Assembly: GCA_951406725.2 (NCBI GenBank)
Contig: OX597823.1
Location: 75,330,001-75,394,000, forward strand
DNA length: 64,000 nucleotides
From: Octopus vulgaris
Taxonomy: Eukaryota
Direction of reading: 5' to 3'
Part shown: piece by piece, positions 43,294-61,470 of the stretch
Layout of the letters: each line of letters starts with the position of its first letter
Numbering within the stretch: the first letter of the stretch is position 1
Translations under genes and position numbers: made by a program
Notes under the pieces: model-generated
Told to the model about the DNA's origin: nothing
The model's database searches: none
The model's input: only the letters and a program-made list of their open reading frames with translations

Positions 43294-43527
43294 AAGGCGG
43301 CGAGCTGGCAGAAACGTTAGAATGCATGACGAAATGCGTAGCCGTATTTCGTCTGCCGCTACGTTCTGAGTTCAAATTCCGCCGAGGTCGACTTTGCCTT
43401 GCATCCTTTCGGGGTCAATAAAATGAAGTACCAGTTATGCACTGGGGTTGATGTAATCGACTTAATCCGTTTGTCTGTCTTTGTATGTCCTCTCTGTGTT
43501 TAGCCCCTTGTGTGTAGTAAAGAAATA
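43294..43527 (+). mobile_element. Family A tRNA-derived SINE, full length
   Basis: AAGGCGGCGAGCTGGCAGAAACGTTAG (A box)...GAGTTCAAATTCC (B box)-GCCGAGGTCGACTTTGCCTTGCATCCTTTCGGGGTC (Meta-like domain)...AGTAAAGAAATA. Confidence 0.9.
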
Positions 43528-44917
43528 GATATTACGAATGTGAATACTTCGTATTCACAGGATTTTGTGGTTCCTGTAAATATTTTATATATTTATTAAG
43601 ATTGTCTCATACACATTCTGTCTCATTTATTTATACACACAGATATATTTCTGCATTCTCATGTCAGTTTGGACATTCTTCGTTCCATATCATACAAGTA
43701 TGAGTATGTTTGAAAGGATACTAAATCACGCTGTCGCCTTATAATTTCTATGTAAAATCTTGCAAACAGTATCATCACATGTTGAAATTCATTGAGGAAA
43801 CTCTTTTTGATTTTGCGGCGGTGAAACGTTAGGTGGCCCTGTAGTAAATATTTATGAATTTATAGATGCATAATCATAAGCTCGCACGCTTTTGTGTGTG
43901 TGTGTGCGCGCGCGTATGTACGCGTGTGTGTACGCGCGCGCGTGTGCTTACGTTTGTGTGCGTGCGCTGAGAAAAAAATTATATTTTACAAGATCCTTTT
44001 AAAATATTACTACTAGATGTAACAACTCCGCATTACTGATCCTCTTAAATCATCCATCATTACCTCACAAATCATCCATTAACTCACAAAACCAATTAGA
44101 GCTAATCCTCTCAAAGATGTTGCTTCCGTTTACAAACTAAATCTTGTCATTCGTGTGAATTAAATTAAGCCTTCTATTGAACAGGTTATTGCTAAAATAT
44201 TGTAAACTGCGAAAACGTAACTCGTTAATTCCCTTAGAAAACATACTGCTTATTAATACATTGCCCATTTATATACATGGCTTGCTGTAGGCATAAAACT
44301 TTTATTCCTCTGTGAAAATAAATGTTTTAATTGATTATTCGATCTGGTGGAATTTGAAGCTAGAATATTTGGTGACTTGCAGTTGTTCCAACAAATGTTC
44401 TGGAGCAATACTGGAAAGACAATGCATCGATTGACTTGATCCGAGAGACGAAATGAATAAAATTGAGTCAGCGATGAAATTTGGTAAAATATATTCCAAG
44501 AGGTGCATTGAGTAACATATAAAACAACTGAGATACGAGGTGAAATTAGTATTTGATTTCGAATAAAATTAAATCAAAAATGCAATTTGCTAGAATATGT
44601 GCCAAGAGCCTTGTATCATTGGATTGCTGCTTCATGTCATTTTTTTCTTGCTTCACTTTTCCATAAGCATACACATATTTTGTTGCATGTATGGATGGAT
44701 AACTGTACCATAAAATATCTTTGGATATAAATCATTAATTACAAAGGGTTTAAAATATCTGGGAATTTTGTAGATGTGCATAATTTGCATCTTTGTATTA
44801 GTCAAGCAACAAATCAAGTCTGCGTCCAAGTAACACCAAAGAAATGCCATATACTGTGTATGTCGACGCCTTTGAAGCAGTTACCGGCAACCATATCTCT
44901 CTTTCGATATATACATA

Positions 44918-45545
44918 TCCAAAAATTTCGGCCCTTGTGCCTAAAGAAAAAAAGAATATTTATATATCCTTAAGGCAGAGAGCTGGCAGAAACGTTGGCA
45001 CGGCGGGCGAAAAGTTTAGCGATGTTTTGTCTGTCTGAGTTTAAACTCCTGCGAGGTCGACTTTGCCTTTTATATTTTCGGGGTCGATAAATGAGGTACC
45101 GGTGCTGTAGTGGGGTCGATCTAATCAACCTGGCCCCTACCACCAAAATTCGGGCCTTGTGCCAAAAGTAGAAAAGAATATGAAGATATCCTTAAAGCAG
45201 CGAGCTGGCAGAAACGTTAGCATGACGGGCGGAATGCGTAGCCGTATTTCGTCTGCCGTTACGTTCTGAGTTCAAATTACGCCGAGGTGGACTTTGCCTT
45301 TCATCCTTTCGGGGTCGATAAATTAAGTACCAGTTACGCACTGGGATCGATGTAATCGACTTATCCGTTTGTCTGTCCTTGTTTGTCCTCTCTGTGTTTA
45401 GCCCCTTGTGGGTAGTAAAGAAATAGGTATTTCGTGTCTTTATGTACCTAGCCGAGGTCAAACTTGTCTTTCATCCTTTGGGAGTCGATAAAGTAAGAAA
45501 CAGTTAATAACTGGGGTCGATACTATTGACTTAAACCGTCCCACA
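44918..45545 (+). mobile_element. Head-to-tail cluster of family A SINEs (tail, 44971-45180, 45194-45428, headless body to 45545)
   Basis: Repeated GAGCTGGCAGAAACGTT heads and GGGGTCGATAAA bodies. Confidence 0.88.
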
Positions 45546-45574
45546 GAATACTTATGTATCTCTTTTCTTTTTAT

Positions 45575-45975
45575 TTTTCTTCTTTTAAAATGTCTCAATC
45601 ATGTGACTGCGGCCATGCTGGAGCGCCGCCTTTAGTCGAGTAAATCGCTCCCAGAGCTTATTCTTTGTAAGCCTAGTACTTATTCAATCGGAATCTTTTT
45701 GCTGAACCGCTAAGTTACGGGGACACCAGCATCTGTTGTCAAGCGATGTTGGCGGGGGGGGGGGGGGGGTAGTCACACATATACACGGACATACACACAC
45801 ACATATGTATACATATACGACGGGCTTCTTCCAGTTTCCGACTACCAAATACACTCACACGGCTTTCGTCGGCCCGAGGCTATAGTAGAAGTTACTTGCT
45901 CAAGGTGTCACGCAGTGGGACTGAATCCGGAACCATGTGGTTGGTAAGCAAGCTATTTTCAACACAGCCACTCTG
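45575..45975 (-). mobile_element. Family B SINE, near full length
   Basis: Minus-strand head GAGTGGCTGTGTTG...GGTTCCGGATTCAGTCCCACTGCG; collinear with 20884-21290. Confidence 0.88.
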
Positions 45976-46274
45976 GAAATCATTTTCCGATTTCTTCATA
46001 ATCTGTCTTTTATTCCCTTTCACTCTGTTACACTAGGTAAAACGGGTTTGTTATAAGTCATTCGTTCACAACTTGTCTCAAATTCTTTTTCTAGCTTAAC
46101 CTGAGCTGCGAACTGATTCTCAATTTCTATTTACTAAAATATCAGCACATACACACAGAAACAAATACCGCGTACGTACACACTCTCATAGACACTCACA
46201 CTCACACACACATACACACACAAACACAGACACACACAGACACACACACACACACACACATGTATATATAGCGC

Positions 46275-46520
46275 GACCTTTTAAATCTTAGCCACGGGCA
46301 TTGGCTCGGTTTCCACATTTTAATTGGCGTATGTGTTTCCCAGCTGGTCGGGACGCCACTTCATCGCAGCGTAACTCATTTTTGCCAGCTGAGTGGACTG
46401 GAGCAACGTGAAATAAAGTGTCTTGCTCAAGAACACAACTCGTCGTGCGGTCCAGGAATCGAAACCACAATCTTACGACCATGGTGCTGACACCCTAACC
46501 ACTAAGCCACGCACCTCCAC
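46275..46520 (-). mobile_element. tRNA-derived SINE family C (V-domain-like)
   Basis: Minus strand GGAGGTGCGTGGCTTAGTGGTTAGGG (A box)...GGTTTCGATTCC (B box)...TTGAGCAAGACACTTTATTTCAC...CTGCGATGAAGTGGCGTCCCGACCAG. Confidence 0.8.
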
Positions 46521-46527
46521 ACACATA

Positions 46528-46584
<57 letters not shown>

Positions 46585-49269
46585 GCATGTATGTCAATAT
46601 ATGTGTGTATGTATATATGTATCTATGTATGTATCCGTGCTCGACAATGGTAAACTTAAATAAGCAGATACATATATGATTAGCAACGATACGATATCAT
46701 ATTTGCGCTTAAAAAACATTATACTTGCTTTATCATCTTGTGTCGTAGTAACTTTCAGAATTTTAAGCAGTTTAATACGGTATGTATTATGTTTTCATTC
46801 TTTTCTATATGTATGTATTGGTGTGTTCGTATGAAACAAAACTGTGATTCTATATTCCAGCAGACAATCAGAATACAACACATAAATTGAATGTTTTACT
46901 CGGAGCTACATATAAGCTAGAAAACCACACATAATTGCTATATTATATATCTAACAGTATTTGCTTTATATCTTTAAAGGTTTTTCTTTTAGTGTTGATT
47001 TGAAGGACTTTGTTCTGATTGCTGGGTTAAAATACTAATTCTATATATTGTGTCTGTTGTTATTTTGCCAATCAACTCATTTGTCTGGTATTTGAGAGTT
47101 GGATCATGACCAATAGGACTTCATTTCGTATCTTGAGGTAATATATACAAATTATTTCCAGTAAAACCCGTCAACAAATTATGGCAAATGGTAGTTTTCA
47201 ATAGCAATATATCGATTTCTTACGGAAACTAAAGTAACAAATAAATCAATTATGAAATCTACAATTAGAATCTGTTATTATTCGAAGAATGATATATAAA
47301 ATATATTTAACCGGAAACCATTTAGATTAAACTAACATAAATATGTTGCTATCAGTCTAACACATATATAAAAACACTCATAAACACAATATGGACTGGT
47401 TTGTAAAAACAGTTGAAATAATACTCAATCAGATGAAGTAACTCATAAATATTTCTTCGTTATTTAGCCGTAGAACATCATGAGACTTACGGGTACATTT
47501 TTGGCATATAGTTATTGTTAATAAAAGTTGTATATCACAGCGATTTTTATATAGTAGAAAGCATGATTGTTTCATACAGTTTTATTTGAATGAAGGTGAG
47601 GGAAATGTGAGAAAGTAATACATTCATAATCATACAATTAGGCCGCATTCAAGCACGAAAAATACAATGAAACAAAAAATATAATGTAATCATAAGGACT
47701 AGCAATAACGATATTCCTACACAGCCACACACTGAAATACAAACAAACACAGACACACGCACGCACACATACACACACATACACACACATAGATATAAAG
47801 AAAACAATTGGCAGGTTTGCTTATCAGATATATAGTACTGACATACGAAAATTACAATATTGTAAGAGAATTATGTGTTTTTTCTAAACATCGTTTCAAT
47901 CCTTTTTTACTGCATCTTCTATATTCGTACACAATTATTTAAAACCCTATATTCATATGCCAAAGTTGAACTTGCGTGAGACCTTGTATATCGATACATT
48001 AAGTTGGTATAATATGGTGAAGTGTAGCGTTTCATCGTAGACCTAATATTTATCAGTACATTTTCCCATCTAATAGGAGAATATTTCGATCTCTCCAAAT
48101 ATTTTGTGCCATATTTTACATAATTTGAAACATATCTAAACGGCTGTTTTTATTATATTCCAGGCCAACCACGGGAATGTTATGAAACTTGAAAACCATC
48201 ACTTTAAATTGATCATGGATTTCTAGTAGATGGAACCAATCATTTTTTATATTTTACTTAGCAAATCAAATTGAGATATGGAAACAAATATCGAAACAAA
48301 CGCGGATTCAAAGCCCTATAATATCTACAAATCATATATTCCTAAATATACTTGATAACATAAGTAATTAAAAGTTCGGGGCAATAACTTCACAATAATA
48401 TTTTCTCTACAAGTAGAATAGAAATATCAAAAACCGTTATTTTGTTTTGCATTAATCAAAGGTAAAATACACACCGATACAAAAATAGTTACGTGCATTT
48501 ACATCTAAATCTATAAATACCGAAGTATATGGCCACGTTTCTAAACACGGAATATGTTCAAAAGTCAAATGAGGAAGTAAAAAGTAAAGGAGGAAATCGA
48601 AAGATCAGCAAGAGAAAAATGCATCACATAACATCAACAATTTGAGTGAAAAGGGCAAATTTCAAAACCAAATTTTCCATCAGGTCGCAAATTGAATAGA
48701 ATCAAACTATACATCGCATTTAAAGTTTGCAGAAGGCTCTGAATTCCATTTTGTTGAGTGGCGTACAAATATATTAGACAAAACTTTTACTAAATATTGT
48801 AAGAACCTAAACTTATCTTTTACGTCTGGCAAGCTAATATGGATAAACTAGATTTTACAACTTCGTTCGTTATTTATATTGCCTCCACAACCTCGGTAAT
48901 GAGAGGGGGTCATAGGCGGCAGATAAAACAAGTACATTTTGATGTATTTTCAATATATTGACATAAACACTCGAGCCTTGAGCATCACATCTATGATTTA
49001 GGGTGTTTGATAGACTCCTACACAATGTAACCAAGCATTGCATAATTAGAGGGACGTCTGCTTACTATTTCTGTGTCCGCGAAGGAATCTCATCGTACCT
49101 TGCCAGAAAAGTGACTTTGAGCAATGAACCGACTCCATCTGCGCTGCCTTCATTTCTTCTCATATCTGAAAAACAACTTAACACATTTTAGAAAGAACAA
49201 ATAGGTTAACAATGTCATGTAAAAACTTGCACATGCAAGTGCTACTAGTCAAAAGCTTCGTAGACCGGA

Positions 49270-49497
49270 AGCCAGCAAGTGTATGGAGTCATCAGGTGAG
49301 AATGCGCGCCGTTTCGGGGCCTACCTATCGACGGCATCAATGCGCACCGGCCCCCCTCACAGATATGAGACCCCGCTTGCTAGATCAGCTGGTTGTGAAG
49401 TTAAACTCATTAACCTTCTAGCCATCGCTCATCGTCTTTTTTAACCACATCAAGTGGCTAGCCTTCTCCACTGTAGATTGGATATCAGTCATGGTGG
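49270..49497 (-). mobile_element. 3' end of a HERO-like (restriction-like endonuclease) non-LTR retrotransposon
   Basis: Minus strand MTDIQSTVEKASHLMWLK(R)DDERWLE (one frameshift) resembles the EKAS.W.WLKR...W C-terminus of HERO-clade ORFs (recognised from memory); GC-rich 3' UTR follows. Confidence 0.55.
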
Positions 49498-49839
49498 TAT
49501 AATAACGTGGAAATATTATAAAGTATTGTAGTATACATAATAAAAAATACTTTTCAACTTTCCAACTGAGATTTCTGTTTGGTTATTTATCTTGATAATT
49601 TTCTGAGACTGGAGAAAACATATTTTTCTGGTGTTGGGTATTCAAGAACATAAAGAGACTAATGTGAATAAACTCTATGCGAAGTTGATTCGGTACCAAA
49701 TTCGATATAATTCAAAACGGCAAGAAATTATTAAAATACTCTATTTTAAACACAATATTCTAAGGTGCAATGAAGTTGAGTTCTTTGTTCACAATTTACA
49801 CAGTAAAATACAGTGTCTTGTATGTATGGCTATACATAC

Positions 49840-50226
<387 letters not shown>

Positions 50227-51350
50227 TCAAAGACAATATACATCTTATTCAAAGACAATAATTCTTTGAATCAAAGAAGTGAGTTAATGAACTTATGTAG
50301 GCACGCGGCTAAATTAAAAATGTCGAATATAAATATACCATATGGATAGAGTATATATTTTGTATTTTTGATTTTTGATTTTGATTTTGACTCTTGAGCG
50401 CTACGACGAATTTATAGCAAAGTCTTATGTTCCCACATATATATTAGGAAAAACCTACAAACTTTGTTTTCATGTTATTGTATTGCATAGGATTACCTTG
50501 ATTATTTATATTACCTTGATTATTTATAAATGACCCAAAATAGGATGTTATATTTTATTTTATAGGTCTTTCGTATATTTTTATTAATGCACCCATTTTT
50601 TAAAAGCAATGTTTTTTTATAAAAAAAGCAATGTTGTCAAATTTAGAATGTTTATATAAGTTTGTGTATAGCAAAGCATATGTATTTGTAAGCATGCGTA
50701 TCTGTGTATGTGTGAGTGAAAGTATGCTTGTGCTTAAGCACACATATACACGACGGTATGTATATGTATCAATTCAAACTTGTGTATGTATACAGGCCTC
50801 TATAGATGCCAAATAACATAGCTACAAGTTTTCCCCCCACCCCTCCTCCGTTCCTTTTTCTCTCTTTCCCTTTCTTTCGTTCCCCCTCCTTGCTCAGTAT
50901 ATGAGAATTGCTACATAGATGAATTTTAGCTTGCGTGCGAGACGGTTTGCGTGAATATATGTACACATGCTTTTATGTGTATAATTTAGATTCATATTCA
51001 TACGTCTGTATGTGTATGTATGGCGTTTACGCGCATCCTTTTGTGTATGTTGATATATATATGTGGATTTTAATATAAATATGTATTGCAGTATTTATAA
51101 CAGGTTTAATTTCTATGCATTAATTTGTACTGTCTTCATTAACGGCAACAGGTTTTTTCCTCGGTATTTTCCTCGGATTTTATAATTTTTATAAGTTTTT
51201 ATATATATATACATATATTTTTGACCTTTTTGTTTATCGCTCGAAGATTGACCGTTTTTTCTAAAGGGCCAATCAAACAAGTCCATTTCTTTTTAAAGGT
51301 GTAGCGTTTGTAAGAGTATAGATTGAATTAATATATATGTTCCATTCTAG

Positions 51351-51400
51351 CAAAAACTGTCTGATGAACGGCAACGAGAAACTCAGAGTAACAGATTTTG
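51351..51400 (+). ncRNA. Minimal type I hammerhead ribozyme (family 4), ~28 nt upstream of the 4-kb (TA)n
   Basis: CAAAAACTGT-CTGATGA-a-CG[gcaa]CG-a-GAAAC-TCAGA-GTA-ACAGATTTTG: stem I 9 of 10 paired, GNRA-capped stem II, near-palindromic stem III ACTCAGAGT, GUA triplet; AATAAA follows at ~51421. Confidence 0.82.
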
Positions 51401-51427
51401 TTGAATTTTCTGCTGCTTAAAATAAAG

Positions 51428-55560
<4,133 letters not shown>

Positions 55561-55565
<5 letters not shown>

Positions 55566-57750
55566 TTGGCAGATCTTTGTAGACACCGTCACAGACATAT
55601 GTGCAAAACACTCCCCACCAAGACCTGTGAACAAAAAGTGCAGAATCCCCCAAAACAGAAAAACCATTATCAGAAAAATAAAAAGAACAAACAAAAAAAT
55701 TAACAAACTAAAGTACTGCCAACAGCAACACACACATTCGACGGCTATCGCACTGCTTGAATCCAAAAAATATAACCTCCAACAATGCATGAAGTCCCTC
55801 ATCAATAACCAAAGATCAGCTGAGGAGAAGTGGGCCATTGAAAAAATCAAACTCAACCCCAAAGTGTTCTTTTCATTTGCGAGGAAACGCAGGGTCACTG
55901 TCTCCACTGTAGGCCCTCTAATTGACGAAACTGGCACTCTCCAAGATAATGCCAAATCCATGGCCGAGATACTGCAGAAACAATACTGCTCTGTTTTCAG
56001 CAATCCTGATATGGCCGATCTGGGCTGTATCAGTGATGTCAACCCCCAACACACTATATCGGACATAACGTTTAGTGCCCCTGATGTCTTAGCGGCGATA
56101 AACGAAATAAAACACAATTCAGCAGTAGGCCCCGATAGGTTCCCTGCTTGTGTCCTGAAGGTGTGTCGACACCAACTTGCATCTCCCTTGCTAATCTGTG
56201 GAGAAACTCACTGGATGCTGGCTATATTCCAAAAAACCTTCTGTCCCAGTCTGTTGTCCCAGTTTTCAAAAAGGGAAACAAGTCCCTTGCAGTGAATTAC
56301 CGTCCGATCTCACTCACCTCTCATATCATCAAGGTATTTGAGAGGGTGGTGAGATCTCAAAATAACCCAATTTCTGGAAAGCAACAGACGGCTGATCTCC
56401 AACCAACATGGGTTCCGTAATGGAAGGGACTGCCTAACGCAGCTCCTGCATCACTTTGAGGACATTTTGAGAGCTTTGGGAGAGGGCTCCAACACCGATG
56501 TCATCTACCTTGATTTCAGTAAGGCCTTCGACAGGGTCGATCACAAGATCCTATTGAAAAAACTATCCAACATTGGTGTCTCTGGAAAGTTACTGAAATG
56601 GATTAAGTGTTTCCTGACAGACAGATCTCAACATGTTGTAGTTGAAGGGGTAAAATCAAGCCCAGCCAAAGTCAGTAGTGGCGTTCCGCAAGGCACTGTG
56701 CTGGGCCCACTTCTTTTCATCATTTACATTAATGACATTAATGACATCATCAAGCACAGCAACATAAAAATCTTTGCAGATGACTCCAAGCTACAGAAGG
56801 TCATAAATGAGGCGAGTGACCGGACATGCCTTCAGTCAGATCTACTGGCTGTTATCCAATGGGCAGAAAAAAACAATATGCTGCTGAACGAGGATAAATT
56901 TGAGCTAATCCACTTTGGAAAAGAGGATGCCCTGAAACTCCCATACTCCCTTCCTTCAGGTGAAACTCTCGCGGCGTCCAACAACATCAGAGACTTGGGA
57001 GTAATTGTGGACAACAACGTAAGCTGGGCCACTCATATAAACACCAAAGTTGACATGGCCCGCAGAATGTGTTCCTGGATTCTCAGAACTTTCCAGTCGA
57101 GAGATATCCACACCATTATCCTTCTCTTCTCCACTTTTGCCCGACCCCACCTTGAATACTGTTGTCCACTGTGGTCTCCCCACACAATACAAGGTATCAA
57201 AAAAGTCGAAGCACCTCAAAGGGCAATCACAAAAAAGATAGATGGCATGACAGGCCTCGACTATTGGGGTCGACTAGAAAAGCTAAAACTCTATTCTCTC
57301 CAACGTCGTCGTGAGCGCTACATCATCTGCATGATGTGGAAAATATTCCATCAGCATTGCCCAAATGATGTTGGCATCACCTTTAAGGTACATCCAAGGC
57401 TTGGGCCCCGTGCCATCCGCCCAAAACAAAAATCGCACTCTCATCTCATAACAACAATACGGCACAATTATTTCACCTCAATTGGCCCCGCTCTCTTTAA
57501 CATTACACCAAAACACATTAAAACAGAAACTGACCCTATAGGGTTCAAGAAGTCTTTGGACAGATTCCTTCAAGAAATCCCGGATAAACCCCCTACACCC
57601 GGATATGTCTCTGTAAACAATAACTCCCTACTTGAGTGGGCCATAGTGCCCAAATTCTGACTTGAAAGACTTCACCAGGTGGTGCTATTAAGTTAGACAT
57701 GGCCTGGGCCAATAATGGCCGAAACCTATCAAAGTATCAAAGTATCAAAG
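55561..57750 (+). mobile_element. 5'-truncated CR1-group (CR1/L2/Crack-like) LINE inserted in (TA)n
   Basis: RT ORF, short 3' UTR and terminal (TATCAAAG)3 tandem tail; TA repeats on both sides; no endonuclease domain present. Confidence 0.92.
55627..57660 (+). pseudogene. LINE ORF2 reverse transcriptase with two frameshifts (~56195, ~56360)
   Basis: [115 protein letters not shown]. Confidence 0.93.
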
Positions 57751-57759
57751 TATATATAT

Positions 57760-57859
57760 NNNNNNNNNNNNNNNNNNNNNNNNNNNNNNNNNNNNNNNNN
57801 NNNNNNNNNNNNNNNNNNNNNNNNNNNNNNNNNNNNNNNNNNNNNNNNNNNNNNNNNNN
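57760..57859. other. Assembly gap (100 N)
   Basis: Run of N. Confidence 1.
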
Positions 57860-57917
57860 TATATATACCCGCATATACATACACACACACATATATACTC
57901 CTACATACAGATACATA

Positions 57918-57968
<51 letters not shown>

Positions 57969-58147
57969 AAATACATACACATACACACATACATATACAC
58001 ACACATACATACACATATATATACATACACAAACATATATACACACATATATATATACATACACACATACACACATACATACGTATACATACATACATAC
58101 ATACATACATCCATACTTACATGCATTTATACGCATACACACACCCA

Positions 58148-58190
<43 letters not shown>

Positions 58191-58590
58191 TCACACATAC
58201 ATATACAAATCTACGCACACACATACATACATACACGTATACACATACACGCACATACACATATACATGCGTACCCATACACGTGCACATATATATCCAT
58301 ATATATACACACATATATATATATATATGTGCAAGTATATATATATATATACGCGCACACATATATATATATATATATGTAAGTATATATATATATATAT
58401 ATATACATATATATAGATGGGTGTGTGTATGCGTATAAATGCATGTAAGTATGGATGTATGGATGTATGTATGTATGTATACGTATGTATGTGTGTATGT
58501 GTGTATGTATATATATATGTGTGTATATATGTTTGTGTATGTATATATATGTGTATGTATGTGTGTGTATATGTATGTGTGTATGTGTAT

Positions 58591-58655
<65 letters not shown>

Positions 58656-59527
58656 TATGTATCTGTATGTAGGAGTATATATGTGTGTGTGTGTATGTAT
58701 ATGCGGGTATATATATATATATATATGTATATTTATTGGTGTATATGTATAGACTAGCCTCCTAAAGTGTAGACACGAATCTGTAGGTACGAGTACGTAT
58801 GTGTATATACGTGAACGTATGTAGATGTTTGTATGTATGAATATAACGCGTGCGTACGTGTATGTGTATGAGTGTACGAATGAGTGAATGTACGTGCTAA
58901 TGAGTGTGCGTGCGGGAATGAGTACTTGCCTTCTAGTAGACAGACAAATGGACATGCAGCCATTGCCAGGATTCTTAGCCCTAGCGATCAAAGATAACAA
59001 AAGTAATAAATGAAGATAATAAAATTAAAATTAGGGAATGGGCCTGTATTGGATTGTATATATATATATGTATATGTATATTTGTATGTATGTATGTGTG
59101 TATGTGTAGGTATGTATAGGTACACATGTGTATGTGTATGTGTATGTATATATGTGTGTATGTATGTATGTGCACACATGTATATATATGTATGCGTGTA
59201 TATGTTTATATATATATATGTGTACATAGGTGTATGTGGGTGTATGTATATATAGGTGTAAATATGTGTATATAGGGAACTAGGTGTGTTGTGTGTGCAT
59301 GAGTGTATGTGCGTATGAATATATATTTTTATGTGTATATATGTATGTGTGGTCGTGGGTATATATATATATATATATACATGTGTGTATGCGTGCATGC
59401 ATGGGAGTGAGTGTATGCATATATACGTGTGTGTATGTGTAGACAGGTATAGGCATGTGCATGTGTATAAATTTGTATATGTGGGCGGGGGTATGTATGT
59501 GTGTATGTAGATATGTATGTATGTGTG

Positions 59528-59578
<51 letters not shown>

Positions 59579-59905
59579 GTGTGTGTATATATATGTGTAT
59601 GTATGTATGTGTGTGTAGATACGTATACATGTGTGTATAGGTATAAGTGAGAATCTCCTTATTTACCTATAACTCTATCCCCCCTTTTTTTATAAATATA
59701 TTTTTTTATATATATATTTTATATATATTTTTTATATATATATATTTATATATATTTTTTATTTTTTTATTTTTTTATTTTATTTTTTTATTTTTTTATT
59801 TTTTTATTTTTTTATTTTTTTATTTATCTATTCTTTCATCTAACTTACCACTGACTCCTTGACCACTCCCCCAAGTATGATATTTTGCGCTATGCCTACC
59901 CCCAA

Positions 59906-59908
<3 letters not shown>
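57860..59908 (+). mobile_element. Second copy of family 3 element, also head-to-head inverted
   Basis: 58730-59050 is homologous to reverse complement of 27610-27935; 59638-59908 is homologous to 29081-29275; 57860-58170 is inverted relative to 58400-58720; the plus arm stops ~65 nt before the hammerhead. Confidence 0.85.
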
Positions 59909-59960
<52 letters not shown>

Positions 59961-60030
59961 CTATATATTTACAAGTGTGTAAATGCATATATATCAACAT
60001 ATATTTCTATATGCATAACATAGAGATGTA

Positions 60031-60074
<44 letters not shown>

Positions 60075-61094
60075 TATTTATAGAGAAAGGAAAAGTAATG
60101 TAGAGAGAGAGAGAGGAAGGAGGAAATAAATAAAGAAAGAAAGAAAGAGAAATGTAGGTGTGAAAGATAGAGAAAAAGAGAGAGTGAGCAGAAACTGGGG
60201 GTAGAAGACATATATACATAAGAGAGAATTCAGAAACCGTTAAGCGGAGTCTCCTTCAGGAACTCTTGGAATATTAGCTCACTTTTGCGCGGGTTTTATA
60301 AGCAACAGTAATAATCATTTGAGATATGTTTAAATGAATAAATAATGTAGATTTATACATTTTGAAAATTGATGGGATCATTCCCCTTCTAATGTAATGA
60401 TGTGCTGTATCTAGATGAAAAATTGAGTGAAAATCGTCTTGGGTTCTGTCAGGGGACAAAATATGCGTTACAATTTAGAGTCAAATAATCACGTGAAATG
60501 ACAAGACAATCTTAACAAGAGCAGGAGAGAATAAATAGAGAAATAAAAATATAAATAGATAAATAAAAAAAAAATATAAATAATTTGTTATATGATATGG
60601 CTGTAAAAATGAAGTAAAATGCGAACAATATATTTCTTTTTTACGAAAAATGGATGGAATAAAATATGCTAGAAATTGTTTGGGAGTGTTCTTGAGAAAA
60701 ACACACCTCGATATAGGCCATCGGTAATAAACAGGATGTGAGTAAAATATGTAAAGAAATGGTGCAAGAACGGTCGGAAAATATGACATACAAATAGGTA
60801 AACGTGTCGGTGGAAGTCCAGAGACTTCGGTTTGTACCATATGGGTAGAGAACACATGTGTGCAGTTAGAAAGTCAATTTTTGCAAAATCTGGAAATGTG
60901 TATGGGGAGAAAATCGAACATATACACAATAACCGATTTACATTTGAGAGAAAGAACTCGATTACCAAAAGTAAAACAGCGAATGACAAAATTCCTGGAA
61001 CTAAAGACACACAAATTGAATCAAAGAACTTATATTCTTCTCTAAAATTATGGGAAAGTACAAACATATATTCACGCGCACCCACTCATTGATA

Positions 61095-61149
<55 letters not shown>

Positions 61150-61254
61150 ACACACACACATATGTATATAACACAGTAACGATAGAAATAAATGTTAATA
61201 TTGTATTGAAGATAAAATCCCTACGTACGCAAATATCAAAGTGTTCCTATAATG

Positions 61255-61470
61255 GTTTCAAATTGTTTTGCTACTAAGACAACTTGTGGGAGGGGATTAA
61301 TTCGATTACATTGACCAAAGTGTGTAGCAAGTATGTATTTAATCGGTCCCGAAAGGATGAAACGGGTAAAGTCGACCTCGGTGGAATTTGAAGACAGGAC
61401 ATACAGACGGACGGAATTCCGCTAAGTATTTCGTCCGGCGTGCTAACTATTCTGCCATCTCACCGCCTTG
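61255..61470 (-). mobile_element. Family A SINE
   Basis: CCCGAAAGGATGAAA...GTCGACCTCGGTGGAATTTGAA...TTCTGCCATCTCACCGCCTT. Confidence 0.82.
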
